Shown here: positions 51,122 through 60,694 of the stretch, in pieces
How positions within the stretch are numbered: the stretch's first letter is position 1
Layout of the letters: each line of letters opens with the position of its first letter
NCBI GenBank assembly: GCA_963798085.1
Contig: CAWCRS010000003.1
Coordinates: forward strand, 960,001-1,024,000
Direction of reading: 5' to 3'
DNA length: 64,000 nucleotides
Origin: an uncultured Gemmatimonadales bacterium
Lineage (GTDB): Bacteria > Gemmatimonadota > Gemmatimonadetes > Longimicrobiales > RSA9
Program-made: the position numbers and the translations under genes
Notes under the pieces: generated by a model
The model's database searches: none
Told to the model about the DNA's origin: nothing
What the model saw: the letters and a program-made list of their open reading frames with translations, nothing else

Positions 51122-51487
51122 TCAGCAGGGCTTGTTCTCCAGAACCTCGATCCGATCCGGCAGGTTGGGAACGACGCAGAGGAATTCGAAGGGTTCGTCG
51201 CCCTCGGCTTCGTACCAGTGGGGCATGCCCGCCGGAATGTAGACCACGTCATTGACCTTGACCTCGAACACGCTGTCGCCAATGCCGACGCGAGCGCGGC
51301 CGCGCAACACGAACTGCTCGTGCTCGACCACGTTCGTGTGGCGAGGCATGCCGCCGCCCGGTTCCATGATGAAGCGGCGCATCGCGAAGTGCGGGCCCTC
51401 GTCCGGCCCGATCAGTACCTGGAAGCGTGCATCCTTGCCGGCCTTCACCACCTGTGCCGGTACCGTTTCCGCCGGTTTCACCGCCAT
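51122..51487 (-). CDS. Cupin-domain protein
   Basis: MPRHTNVVEHEQFVLRG and IPAGMPHWY cupin motifs. Confidence 0.88.
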   Translation of the reverse strand: MAVKPAETVPAQVVKAGKDARFQVLIGPDEGPHFAMRRFIMEPGGGMPRHTNVVEHEQFVLRGRARVGIGDSVFEVKVNDVVYIPAGMPHWYEAEGDEPFEFLCVVPNLPDRIEVLENKPC

Positions 51488-51501
51488 GGTCGGAGCCCTC
51501 C

Positions 51502-52440
51502 TCAGTCGGCGAACGCGAGCTGGCCGCGCGCCCGTAATTCCTGCGGCAGCAGACTGCCCAGGATGAAGTCGTGGACAGGTGTGGGCACGCCGCTCTGCCG
51601 GCCGAACCGGACGACGGCGCCGCACCAGTCGTCCAGCTCGGAGGCACGACCGGCCGCGATATCGCGCTGCAGCGAGATCGTGCTGGCGGGCGCGAGGCTT
51701 TCGAGGAACTTCCAGGCGCGGCCCACCACCTGGTCGTCCAGAGCGATGCCCAGCGCGCGGGTGACCGCTTCGATTTCCCGGATTGCCTGATCCAGCAGCC
51801 GGCGGGTCTCGGGCAGATCCCGCAGTACGCCGACCGGCGCGCGCGTGATGGCACCGACGCCGCCCGCGGGCACCACATTGAGCAGCTTTTCCCACAAGGC
51901 GAGCCGGATGTCAGGAGAGACGGTCGCCTTGATGCCGGGCACATCGAGCAGGTCACGCACCCGCTGCGCGCGCTCGCTCGGCCGGCCATCACGCTCGCCC
52001 AGCTCGATGGCGGCGGGCCCGCCCACATGGCGGACGTGACCCGGGCCGGCGAGAAAGCTCACAATGCGGGCCGTGCCGCCCAGCACGGGCGGGTCGCCCA
52101 GGACGGCCGCAAGCCGGTCCGGCGCTTCCACGCCGTTCTGCATGGGCAGCACCGACGTGCCCTCACCCACCATCGGACGCATGGCCTCGGCGGCTTCGGT
52201 CACCTGCCAGGTCTTGACGCCCACCAGCACGAGGTCGACGGGACCGACGTCCGACGGCTCCGATGTCGCAGCCGGCCGCACGTGCACATCGCCCAGCACG
52301 CTCTCCAGGCGCAAACCCGACTGGCGCAGTGCCTGGAGATGCGCACCACGCGCGATCAGCGTGACTTCATGCCCCGCCGCAGCCAGCCGGCCCCCGAAAT
52401 AGGCGCCGGTGCCACCCGCGCCGAAAACCGCGATTCGCAT
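51502..52440 (-). CDS. panE: 2-dehydropantoate 2-reductase (PanE/ApbA family)
   Basis: GAGGTG, VKTWQ, MQNGV, WEKL, SLQRDI.AGR.SE. Confidence 0.88.
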   Translation of the reverse strand: MRIAVFGAGGTGAYFGGRLAAAGHEVTLIARGAHLQALRQSGLRLESVLGDVHVRPAATSEPSDVGPVDLVLVGVKTWQVTEAAEAMRPMVGEGTSVLPMQNGVEAPDRLAAVLGDPPVLGGTARIVSFLAGPGHVRHVGGPAAIELGERDGRPSERAQRVRDLLDVPGIKATVSPDIRLALWEKLLNVVPAGGVGAITRAPVGVLRDLPETRRLLDQAIREIEAVTRALGIALDDQVVGRAWKFLESLAPASTISLQRDIAAGRASELDDWCGAVVRFGRQSGVPTPVHDFILGSLLPQELRARGQLAFAD

Positions 52441-52467
52441 GCGCCACAATACGCCCTCGGCTGGCGC

Positions 52468-52513
52468 AAAAAAAGCCGGGCCCGGCGTCGCGTGAGCGGC
52501 TCCGGGCCTCGGC
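52468..52513 (-). terminator. Intrinsic terminator just upstream of panE
   Basis: GC stem (GCCGAGGCCCGG...CCGGGCCCGGC) followed by T7 on the minus strand. Confidence 0.55.
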
Positions 52514-52780
52514 GGGGGCGAGCGGGTTTCAGGGGAGGCTCGCATCGGTGCGCGACGTCTGGCGTCGCTGGCTGACACGTTACTACAGCGATCCGCATGC
52601 CCATCGCGCAGGACGGCGCAAGCCGGCGTAATTCGTTGTTATACAAGCGAAAGTCACAATACGGGCCGGCCGTGAAGCGCTGAATTGTCGGCCGGATACC
52701 CCAGAAATCGTTGTGAGGGAGCAACAATGCGGTGAAGCGGAGAGCCTTGCGGAACGGCGCAAGTCGTTACGCGAAGCCGA

Positions 52781-53338
52781 TCAACGCCAGCCGGTGTGCT
52801 TCTGCGGCGATGTGGGAGGACGGCGCCGGAAAGGAATGACGTAGGGCTGCTCCGGCAGCTCGGGCAGGCGGTCGAGCGTGGCGGCAGGCAGGGCATCGCG
52901 GCCCGCGATCCAGCCCTTGCCGCCAAGCACTATGAGGACCGGCACTGCCAGGGTCGCGACCAGCAGGGCGCGCAGCGACGTCGCATCGAACCCGGTCCGA
53001 CTTCCTGCGTCCACGACCGCCCGCACCTGCGCATAGTCGAGCAGGAAGCGTACGATCGAGGCGCCCAGCAACAGTGCGCCAACAAGGGCGAAAGCCGAGA
53101 GCAGCCGCAGCAGGAGCCGGTGGCCCAGCGTGACGGCAACGGTCATCGCGAGAGCCAGCCCGAGCAGCTGCAGGATCACAGCGCTGAAGCCAATGCCCAG
53201 CGAACCGAAGCGCCAGGAGGCTTCAAGCGGGCGAACGGGGAAGGCGGAAACCAGGTCGATGGCCGGACCAACCACGAGGAAGGCTGCCACTGCGTACAGG
53301 CCGGGGAGGAAGCTCCGAACGTCGGCGTTGCGGACCAT
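52781..53338 (-). CDS. Hypothetical 4-TM membrane protein
   Basis: Four hydrophobic helices, WRFGSLG segment, protein-like composition. Confidence 0.7.
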   Translation of the reverse strand: MVRNADVRSFLPGLYAVAAFLVVGPAIDLVSAFPVRPLEASWRFGSLGIGFSAVILQLLGLALAMTVAVTLGHRLLLRLLSAFALVGALLLGASIVRFLLDYAQVRAVVDAGSRTGFDATSLRALLVATLAVPVLIVLGGKGWIAGRDALPAATLDRLPELPEQPYVIPFRRRPPTSPQKHTGWR

Positions 53339-53613
53339 GGGCCGTCCTTCGAAAGGGCAAACGCGCTGGTCCGCTGGAATTGCGAAACCCGTGCCCTGGA
53401 CGGTCCGAACACGTAACGCCGTGTCGGCTACTCAGTTGTCACTCGATACATCGGGTGACGAAGGGGCCGGTAGCGGCCACGAGGTGGGGCAGCCGTTCGC
53501 TGGCTGTTGCCCGCCAGCTACAGCGTCACGCGTGGCAAGTCCCGGAAGAGGTGCCGCCTGGGTCCGGCGATGCGGCCGCCGCGCTGACCGGTGTGGCTAG
53601 CGGCTGCTTGACG

Positions 53614-54243
53614 TCAGCCGATCCAGACGACGTCGCGGAACAGCTCATCGAGCCTTGGAACGCCGGACTCGCGACGCCCGGTCACGGTTTCGGGCACGGT
53701 TTCGGTGGGCTCGGGCGAAAGGTGTTCCTCGGCCTCATCGACCAGGAGCGGTTCCGGCTCGGCGGCGGATGGCTGCGCCGCCACGGTGTCGAGGCGCTCG
53801 ACGGCACCGTTCACGGACTCCTCGGTACCCGCCCGGCCGGAATCGAAGTAGACGGCGGCCAGCTTCTGGTCGGCTTCCGGATCGACGAAGTGGAAGCTCT
53901 TGTTCCAGAATCCGGCGGGTGCCCACTCAATGCGGCCATCAGGACCTATGCGACGGCACATCTTGCCTTCGGCGACGGCGACATCGTTCCAGAATGTGCC
54001 GGAGGCCTCGTCACTGGAACTCCAGTCCGCCACCGTGACGCCGCACTTCCACACGCCATTGTCGATGAGGCGGCGGGCGATGCGTGCGACGAAGGGTCGT
54101 TCGTAGCTGGTGCGTCTCGAGAGCGCGTCGATGTTGTGTCCGAACTCGAGTCCGCAAAACAGGAGCACCGCGGCCTTGAAGGTCGGGCTCGACGGCGGCA
54201 GATCCGCGTTGTAGCGGCGGATCTTCGCTTCGATCTCACGCAT
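53614..54243 (-). CDS. Hypothetical protein (globular N-terminal region, acidic tail)
   Basis: GGAGG upstream of ATG 54243; protein-like composition; no family recognised. Confidence 0.6.
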   Translation of the reverse strand: MREIEAKIRRYNADLPPSSPTFKAAVLLFCGLEFGHNIDALSRRTSYERPFVARIARRLIDNGVWKCGVTVADWSSSDEASGTFWNDVAVAEGKMCRRIGPDGRIEWAPAGFWNKSFHFVDPEADQKLAAVYFDSGRAGTEESVNGAVERLDTVAAQPSAAEPEPLLVDEAEEHLSPEPTETVPETVTGRRESGVPRLDELFRDVVWIG

Positions 54244-54611
54244 CGTGGTCCGTGGCCGGCCTCCTCCGGCGCCCAGAAAACAGGAGCCTGGAGGTCCTTC
54301 CTTGACCGGTTCGTGGTCCCAGTGTGCGGTCGGCAGCTCGTGCACGGATTCTTTCCGTTGAGTCGGAGACGCGGGACACGGCCCCGCCGTGCCCGCGATC
54401 CGACGATACGTTCCCCCGGCGGGGCGCCGCGTCCGGGCGGACGCTGCGGAGCCCACCAACACCCCCCTGGTGCGCAGTACCGAAGAGCGAGGAGTATGCC
54501 GAGCAGCGTCCCCCATGGTGGCCTCCGAGTCCAAGCACAAGAATCGCATGATCTTATCCCGCTGGTGGGAATGCGCGGCACGTTTCCCCGACAGGCCAGG
54601 ATCCACCCCTT

Positions 54612-54630
54612 TTGCAACGACCCGTTGCAA
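54612..54630. promoter_or_regulatory. Perfect 8-3-8 palindrome in divergent promoter region
   Basis: TTGCAACG-ACC-CGTTGCAA. Confidence 0.4.
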
Positions 54631-54789
54631 GCTGCACGTCCACTTTTGAAACGCGGTGTCGGATCCGGTGCGGGCTCACTGCCGTCCGGGTGAGCATGGT
54701 TCGCCGCAGCAGTGGCGCGCTGCCGCCTTCCACCGCATCCTCATGACGCTTGCTGCAGTTCATCGTTCCGCCCGGCAAGGAGGCCCACT

Positions 54790-55281
54790 GTGGATACCGT
54801 CCGCATCACCGTGAATGGCACCACGCATTGGAATGCGATCGAGCCGCGTCTGCTGCTCGTGCAGTATCTGCGGGATGTCCTTGGCCTCACCGGAACCCAC
54901 ATCGGTTGCGACACGAGTCAGTGCGGTGCGTGCACCGTGCTGCTCGATGGTCTCGCGGTGAAATCGTGCACCCTGTTCGCCGTGCAGGCCGATGGCGCGA
55001 GCGTGGAAACCGTCGAGGGCCTGGCGAAGAACGGACAGCTGCATCCCGTGCAGGAAGCATTCTGGGAAAAGCACGGCCTGCAATGCGGCTTCTGCACGCC
55101 GGGCATGCTGATGGCCACGGAAGCACTGCTGCGTGAGAACGCGGATCCATCGGAAGCGGAAATCCGTCACGCTCTCGAGGGCAATCTCTGCCGCTGCACC
55201 GGCTACCACAACATCGTGAAAGCCGTGCAGTACGCCGCCGGCGCGCGCAGGGGCGGCGTGCGCGCAGAGTCACCCGCGTGA
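54790..55281 (+). CDS. coxS: Mo-hydroxylase small subunit, 2x[2Fe-2S]
   Basis: [36 protein letters not shown]. Confidence 0.92.
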   Translation: MDTVRITVNGTTHWNAIEPRLLLVQYLRDVLGLTGTHIGCDTSQCGACTVLLDGLAVKSCTLFAVQADGASVETVEGLAKNGQLHPVQEAFWEKHGLQCGFCTPGMLMATEALLRENADPSEAEIRHALEGNLCRCTGYHNIVKAVQYAAGARRGGVRAESPA

Positions 55282-55297
55282 TGGAGACGAGGAAACC

Positions 55298-57667
55298 ATG
55301 ACGACGAATTCAGGTCGACTGTTCGGCGCGAGCATCAAGCGGCGCGAAGATCCGCGGCTCATCACGGGCAAGGGCAACTACACCGACGACATCCGTCTGC
55401 CGGGCATGACGCACGCCGCGTTCGTGCGCAGCCCGTACGCGCACGCGCGCATCCGCTCGATCGACTTTGCGGAGGCCGCGAAACAGCCGGGTGTGATTGC
55501 TGTGTACATTGGCAAGGATCTGGCCGATGGCGGAGTGAATCCGATTCCCGTGGGTTGGCTGCTCGATGGACTCAAGATGGGTGAGCGACGGGCGCTGGCC
55601 ATTGATCGCGTGCGTTACGTGGGCGAAGCCGTGGCCATGGTGATCGGGGAAAACGCCCATGCCGCGCGCGACGGTGCAGAACTCGTGGACGTGAGCTACG
55701 AGCCGCTGCCTGCGGTGGCCGATGTGGCGCGCGCCGTGGAGCCGGGTGCACCGCAGCTCTACGCCGATGCGCCGCGCAACATCTGCTTCGAGTGGAGCAT
55801 CGGCGATGCGACCGCGACCGATGCGGCGCTCCGCGGCGCGGCGAAAGTCGTGCGCCAGCGACTCGTGAACAACCGGCTGATTCCCAACGCCATCGAGCCA
55901 CGCGCCTGCGTTGCCAGCTGGAACGCGGCCACGCAGGACATGACGCTCTGGGTGACTTCGCAGAACCCGCACGTGCATCGCCTCATCATGGGCGCATTCG
56001 TGCTGGGCATTCCTGAGCACAAGTTCCGCGTGATCTCGCCGGATGTGGGCGGCGGGTTCGGCTCGAAGATCTTCGTGTATCCCGAGGAAGTGGCGGCGTG
56101 CTTCGCCACGAAGGCCGTGGGCCGGCCCGTGAAATGGACGGCGGAGCGGCGCGAGAGCTTCATGACCGATGCACACGGCCGCGACCACGTCAGCGATGCC
56201 GAGCTGGCCGTATCCGCCGATGGGAAGATCCTGGGACTGCGGGTGCACACACTGGCGAACCTGGGAGCCTGTCTGTCGCTGTTCGCGCCCGTGGTCCCCA
56301 CGTACCTCTACGGCACGCTGCTCTCCGGCCAGTACACGATTCCTGTAATCCATTGTCAGGTAACAGGCGTGTTCACAAACACGGTGCCGCTGGATGCGCT
56401 GCGCGGCGCGGGCAGGCCGGAAGCGACGTTCGTGGTGGAGCGCATGATCGATCTGGCGGCGCTCGAGCTGGGGCTGGATCCGGCGGAGATCCGGCGTCGC
56501 AACATGGTGGGCGCCGACCAGTTCCCCTACCAGACGCCGGTGGCGCTGCAGTATGACAGCGGCAGTTACGAAGTGGCGCTGGACCTGGCCATGAAGCGCA
56601 TCGACTACACGGCCCTGCGCGCACGGCAGAAGCAGCTGCGCGCGGACGGGCGGTACCTGGGCATCGGCTTCTCGTCCTACATCGAGGCGTGCGGCCTCGC
56701 GCCCTCGAAGATCGTGGGCGCACTGGGAGCGCAGGCCGGACTTTACGAAAGCGGACAGGTCCGCGTCCATCCGACGGGCAAGGTGACGGTGTTCACCGGC
56801 TGCCAGAGCCAGGGACAGGGCCACGAGACCACGTACGCGCAGATTGTCGCCGATGAGCTGGGCCTCGCCGTCGAGGACGTCGAGGTGGTCCATGGCGACA
56901 CGGCCACGATCGCGTTCGGCATGGGCACGTACGGCAGCCGCAGCGGGCCGGTGGGCGGATCGGCGCTCTTCCTCAGCGCGCAGAAGGTGAAGAAGAAGGC
57001 GATGAAGATCGCGGCGCACCAGCTCGAGGCTGCGGAAGAAGACATGGTTGCTGAGGGCAACCGCTACCACGTGAAGGGGTCGCCTGACCGCTTCAAGACC
57101 TTCCAGGACATGGCGCTGGGTGCCTACCTCGCGCACAACATCCCGGACGGAATGGAGCCGGGACTCGATGCGACGACGTTCTTCGATCCGCCGAACTGGA
57201 CCTACCCGTACGGCACGCACATCGCCGTCGTGGAAGTGGATGCAGAAACCGGTCACGTGACGCTCGAGCGCTACGTCGCCGTGGATGATGTGGGCAATGT
57301 GATCAATCCCATGATCGTGGACGGCATGCTGCACGGCGGCATCGCGCATGGCGTGGGACAGGCGCTCTGGGAAGAGGCGAGGTACGACGAGAACGCGCAG
57401 CTGATCACGGGCTCGATGATGGAGTACGCGCTGCCCAGGGCGGACCAGCTGCCCAGTTTCGAAACCGAGCGCACGGTCACGCCTTCGCCCAGCAACCCGA
57501 TGGGTGTGAAGGGCGCGGGTGAAGCGGGGGCGATCGCGTCGCCGGCGGCCATTTCTAACGCCGTGTTGGACGCGCTCGCGCCGTTCGGCATCCGGCACCT
57601 GGATATGCCGTACACAGCACAGAAGGTGTGGCAGGCCATTCAGGCGGCTCAGGGAGGAGTGCACTGA
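55298..57667 (+). CDS. coxL: Mo-hydroxylase large subunit, form II CODH-like
   Basis: [43 protein letters not shown]. Confidence 0.88.
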   Translation: MTTNSGRLFGASIKRREDPRLITGKGNYTDDIRLPGMTHAAFVRSPYAHARIRSIDFAEAAKQPGVIAVYIGKDLADGGVNPIPVGWLLDGLKMGERRALAIDRVRYVGEAVAMVIGENAHAARDGAELVDVSYEPLPAVADVARAVEPGAPQLYADAPRNICFEWSIGDATATDAALRGAAKVVRQRLVNNRLIPNAIEPRACVASWNAATQDMTLWVTSQNPHVHRLIMGAFVLGIPEHKFRVISPDVGGGFGSKIFVYPEEVAACFATKAVGRPVKWTAERRESFMTDAHGRDHVSDAELAVSADGKILGLRVHTLANLGACLSLFAPVVPTYLYGTLLSGQYTIPVIHCQVTGVFTNTVPLDALRGAGRPEATFVVERMIDLAALELGLDPAEIRRRNMVGADQFPYQTPVALQYDSGSYEVALDLAMKRIDYTALRARQKQLRADGRYLGIGFSSYIEACGLAPSKIVGALGAQAGLYESGQVRVHPTGKVTVFTGCQSQGQGHETTYAQIVADELGLAVEDVEVVHGDTATIAFGMGTYGSRSGPVGGSALFLSAQKVKKKAMKIAAHQLEAAEEDMVAEGNRYHVKGSPDRFKTFQDMALGAYLAHNIPDGMEPGLDATTFFDPPNWTYPYGTHIAVVEVDAETGHVTLERYVAVDDVGNVINPMIVDGMLHGGIAHGVGQALWEEARYDENAQLITGSMMEYALPRADQLPSFETERTVTPSPSNPMGVKGAGEAGAIASPAAISNAVLDALAPFGIRHLDMPYTAQKVWQAIQAAQGGVH

Positions 57668-57668
57668 C

Positions 57669-58538
57669 ATGTACGCGGCAGGATTCGAGTATCACCGTCC
57701 GGACTCGCTGGCCGAGGCAATCGCACTGCTGGGCGAATTCGGGGACGACGGCAAACTGATCGCGGGCGGGCACAGTCTGGTGCCGCTGCTCAAGCTGCGC
57801 TTTGCGACGCCGCAGCATCTCATCGATATCCGCAAGCTGCCCGGCCTGGCCGGCATCCGGGAAGAGCTTGACGTGCTGATCATTGGCGGTGCCACGACAC
57901 ACGCCATGATCGAGAAGTCGCCGGTGGTGCGGGCGAAGCTCCCGGTACTGAGCGAGACTGCGGGCGGCATTGGCGATCCCGCCGTGCGCAACATGGGCAC
58001 CATTGGCGGCAGCCTGGCGCACGCCGATCCCAATGCCGACTGGCCGGCACTGGTGCTGGCGTTCGGCGCCGACATCGCGGTGGCCAATCCGCATGGCGAG
58101 AAGCGCATTCCCGCAGGCGAGTTCTTCCGCGGCCTGCTGAGCACGGCGCTGGAAGTGTCCGACATCATCACGGCAGTGCGCTTCCCGCTGCAGCCGCCGC
58201 GCACGGGTGGCGCGTATGTGAAGTATCCGCATCCGGCATCGCGCTTTGCGGTGTGCGGCGTCGCCGCGCTGGTCACACTGGATGAGGGCGGGACCGTGAG
58301 TCGCACGCGTGTCGCCGTGACCGGGCTCGGGCCGGTGGCGACGCGCGCGCTGGCGGTCGAGACCGCGCTCACCGGGAAGCGGCCCGATGCCGCAGCCATC
58401 AAGGCAGCGGCGCTGCACGCGCCCGAGGGTCTCGAGCTGCATGGCGACCCCATGGGTTCGGAGGAGTTCAAGAGCAACCTGGCGCGCGTCTTCGCCAGCC
58501 GCGCACTGACCCGGGCACTGGAAAGGGCCGGTCTCTAA
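57669..58538 (+). CDS. coxM: Mo-hydroxylase FAD subunit
   Basis: AGGHSLVPLLKLR, VRNMGTIGGSLAHADP. Confidence 0.92.
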   Translation: MYAAGFEYHRPDSLAEAIALLGEFGDDGKLIAGGHSLVPLLKLRFATPQHLIDIRKLPGLAGIREELDVLIIGGATTHAMIEKSPVVRAKLPVLSETAGGIGDPAVRNMGTIGGSLAHADPNADWPALVLAFGADIAVANPHGEKRIPAGEFFRGLLSTALEVSDIITAVRFPLQPPRTGGAYVKYPHPASRFAVCGVAALVTLDEGGTVSRTRVAVTGLGPVATRALAVETALTGKRPDAAAIKAAALHAPEGLELHGDPMGSEEFKSNLARVFASRALTRALERAGL

Positions 58539-58545
58539 CACAGCG

Positions 58546-60159
58546 TTGGTGAACGAAACCAGCCGGCCCGCCCGCATCGCCGCAGTGGTGCTGGCGGCCG
58601 GGCGCTCCAGCCGATTCCCCGCACACAAACTGCTGGCCGACGTGGACGGTGAGCCGCTGGTGCGGCACACCGTCCGTGCGTTGCGGCACGCGGATCTGGC
58701 CGCCATCGTCGTGGTCCTCGGCCACGCGGCCGCCGAAGTGCGCGCGGCCGTCGGGCCGGATCCCGGCCGGGATGGGGCGCCCGCTCTTTCGTTTGTCGAG
58801 AATCCGGACTGGGCGAATGGCTCGGGCGCCTCGATCGCGGCCGGGATCCGCAGTCTGGGTGCCGACTTCGATGCCGCCGTGATCGTGCTGGCAGACCAGC
58901 CCACACTCGACCCCGCGGTGATCGACCGCGTCCTGGCCCGATGGCGCGAATCAGGCAGGCCGGTCGTGACCGCGGACTGGGCCGGCGAGCGCGGGCCGCC
59001 CGTACTGTTCGCACGCGCCGTATTCCCGGAACTGCTGGCCCTGCGCGGCGATCGTGGCGCACGTGACGTGGTGGGCCGGGACCCGGACCGGGTCGCGGTC
59101 CTTGCACTCGGCGAGCCATTCCCGCCTGATATCGACACTCCCGAAGATCACGTCCGGCTCGTGCCCCGGCCGCCCGCGCCCGACGCACCGGCGCGCGCCG
59201 ACGGTTCGGCAGAGGAGAGAACCAGAGAGGCAATGGAGCAACTGAAACAGAACGTCGGCGCCGTGATCGGCCCGGCGATACTCTTCGCGGTGGCATTGCT
59301 GGCTCTCTATTTCGTGCCTCGCCAGATGCCGCCCTTCAGCCTGCTGACCAGCATCGAGTTCCTGTCCTTCGGCTTCATGGTGGGCGCATACGGCACGATG
59401 GTGGGGGCAGGCGGCGGCTTTCTGATCGTGCCGGCGCTGCTGCTCGTGTACCACGCCACACCGCAGCAGGCCGCGGGCACGTCCATAACAGTGGTGTTCC
59501 TCAATGCGCTGTCCGGTTCGACGTCGTACGCGCGGCAGAAGCGCGTGGACTACCGTGCCGGCATGTGGTTCTCCGTGGCGACGCTGCCCGGCGCCGTAAT
59601 CGGCGCATACCTCACGCGCTACTTCTCCGGCCGCTTCTTCGACATCGTGTTCGGCCTCATGCTGCTGGGCATTGCCGCCATGCTCATCATCCGGCCCACC
59701 GTGCAGGAAGAGATCGCCGAGATGGTGAAGGAGGAGGGTCGCCTGCCCTGGTGGCACGTGCAGCGCGTTCTCGTGGACCGCTCGGGCACGACGTTCCAGT
59801 ACCGCTACAATGTCTGGACCGGTGTCACGCTGAGCTTCTTCGTGGGATTCATCTCCAGCATCCTGGGCATCGGCGGCGGCATCATCCACGTTCCGGTGCT
59901 GATCCACGTCATGGGCTTCCCGGCACACATTGCGACCGCCACCTCGCACTTCATCCTGGCGGTTTCCGCAGGCGCCGGGGCATTGAGTCACATTGCACTG
60001 GGAAACGTACTTGCGGGGCCATCGGTATTCATGGGTATTGGTGTGCTGGGCGGGGCGCCGCTGGGCGCCCACCTGGCCAGCGAACTGAAGGGCTCTCGCG
60101 TCATCCGACTGCTCTCACTCGCGCTGATCTTCGTCGGGCTGCGACTCCTGCTGCGCTGA
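58546..60159 (+). CDS. MocA-like nucleotidyltransferase read in frame with a TauE/SafE permease (may be two genes; TauE ATG at 59233)
   Basis: LAAGRSSRF, ADQP, GPPVLF, GDRGAR, DIDTPED; then GAGGGFLIVP, GIGGGIIHVP, ATATS. Confidence 0.8.
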   Translation: MVNETSRPARIAAVVLAAGRSSRFPAHKLLADVDGEPLVRHTVRALRHADLAAIVVVLGHAAAEVRAAVGPDPGRDGAPALSFVENPDWANGSGASIAAGIRSLGADFDAAVIVLADQPTLDPAVIDRVLARWRESGRPVVTADWAGERGPPVLFARAVFPELLALRGDRGARDVVGRDPDRVAVLALGEPFPPDIDTPEDHVRLVPRPPAPDAPARADGSAEERTREAMEQLKQNVGAVIGPAILFAVALLALYFVPRQMPPFSLLTSIEFLSFGFMVGAYGTMVGAGGGFLIVPALLLVYHATPQQAAGTSITVVFLNALSGSTSYARQKRVDYRAGMWFSVATLPGAVIGAYLTRYFSGRFFDIVFGLMLLGIAAMLIIRPTVQEEIAEMVKEEGRLPWWHVQRVLVDRSGTTFQYRYNVWTGVTLSFFVGFISSILGIGGGIIHVPVLIHVMGFPAHIATATSHFILAVSAGAGALSHIALGNVLAGPSVFMGIGVLGGAPLGAHLASELKGSRVIRLLSLALIFVGLRLLLR

Positions 60160-60319
60160 CGAAGACCCGGGATCAGTGGCGACCCGATAGCATCTCCGGC
60201 GTCGCATTCGCAGCACGAGCATCACAAACGAGCACAGCACAGGGGCGCGTTGCCAGCGCCCATCCCGAACTGCGCGGCAGAGTCGCTGACGACTGCAGGC
60301 GAAGGGAGGTTTGTGAGCA

Positions 60320-60520
60320 GTGCCCAGGCTGAGCTGCAGGGAGCTGGGTGGCGATTGCGATTTTGTCGTGGAAGCAGGTAGCCCCGCAGAGGCGAAACAG
60401 GAACTGCTGCGTCACGTCAGCAGCGCGCACCACGCGCGCCTCGCGCGCATGTCGGAGGATGAGCGCGAGGCACTGGATGTGCGCATCGACCGCATGCTCC
60501 TGAAGCGCCCGGGCTACTGA
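60320..60520 (+). CDS. DUF1059-like small metal-binding protein
   Basis: LSCRELGGDCDF...HVSSAH pattern; GGAGG RBS. Confidence 0.75.
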   Translation: MPRLSCRELGGDCDFVVEAGSPAEAKQELLRHVSSAHHARLARMSEDEREALDVRIDRMLLKRPGY

Positions 60521-60694
60521 ACGCCGTCCCGACGGCAGCAGACAGAACCGCTCAGGCTCAGATACACCGTCTTGCCGGTGCCGGCTCGAAGCGCGGACAG
60601 CCGCTCCCCGTGGCCATCCGCGCGCAACAATGGGTTAGCCAGATCCCGGCCGCCCGCGCGCCCGCCGGCACCTTGCCGCTGCTGCGGCGGACTC

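Noticed and set aside
55298..57667. Bona fide form I CO dehydrogenase
   Set aside because: Lacks AYxCSFR and has S-L-M gene order
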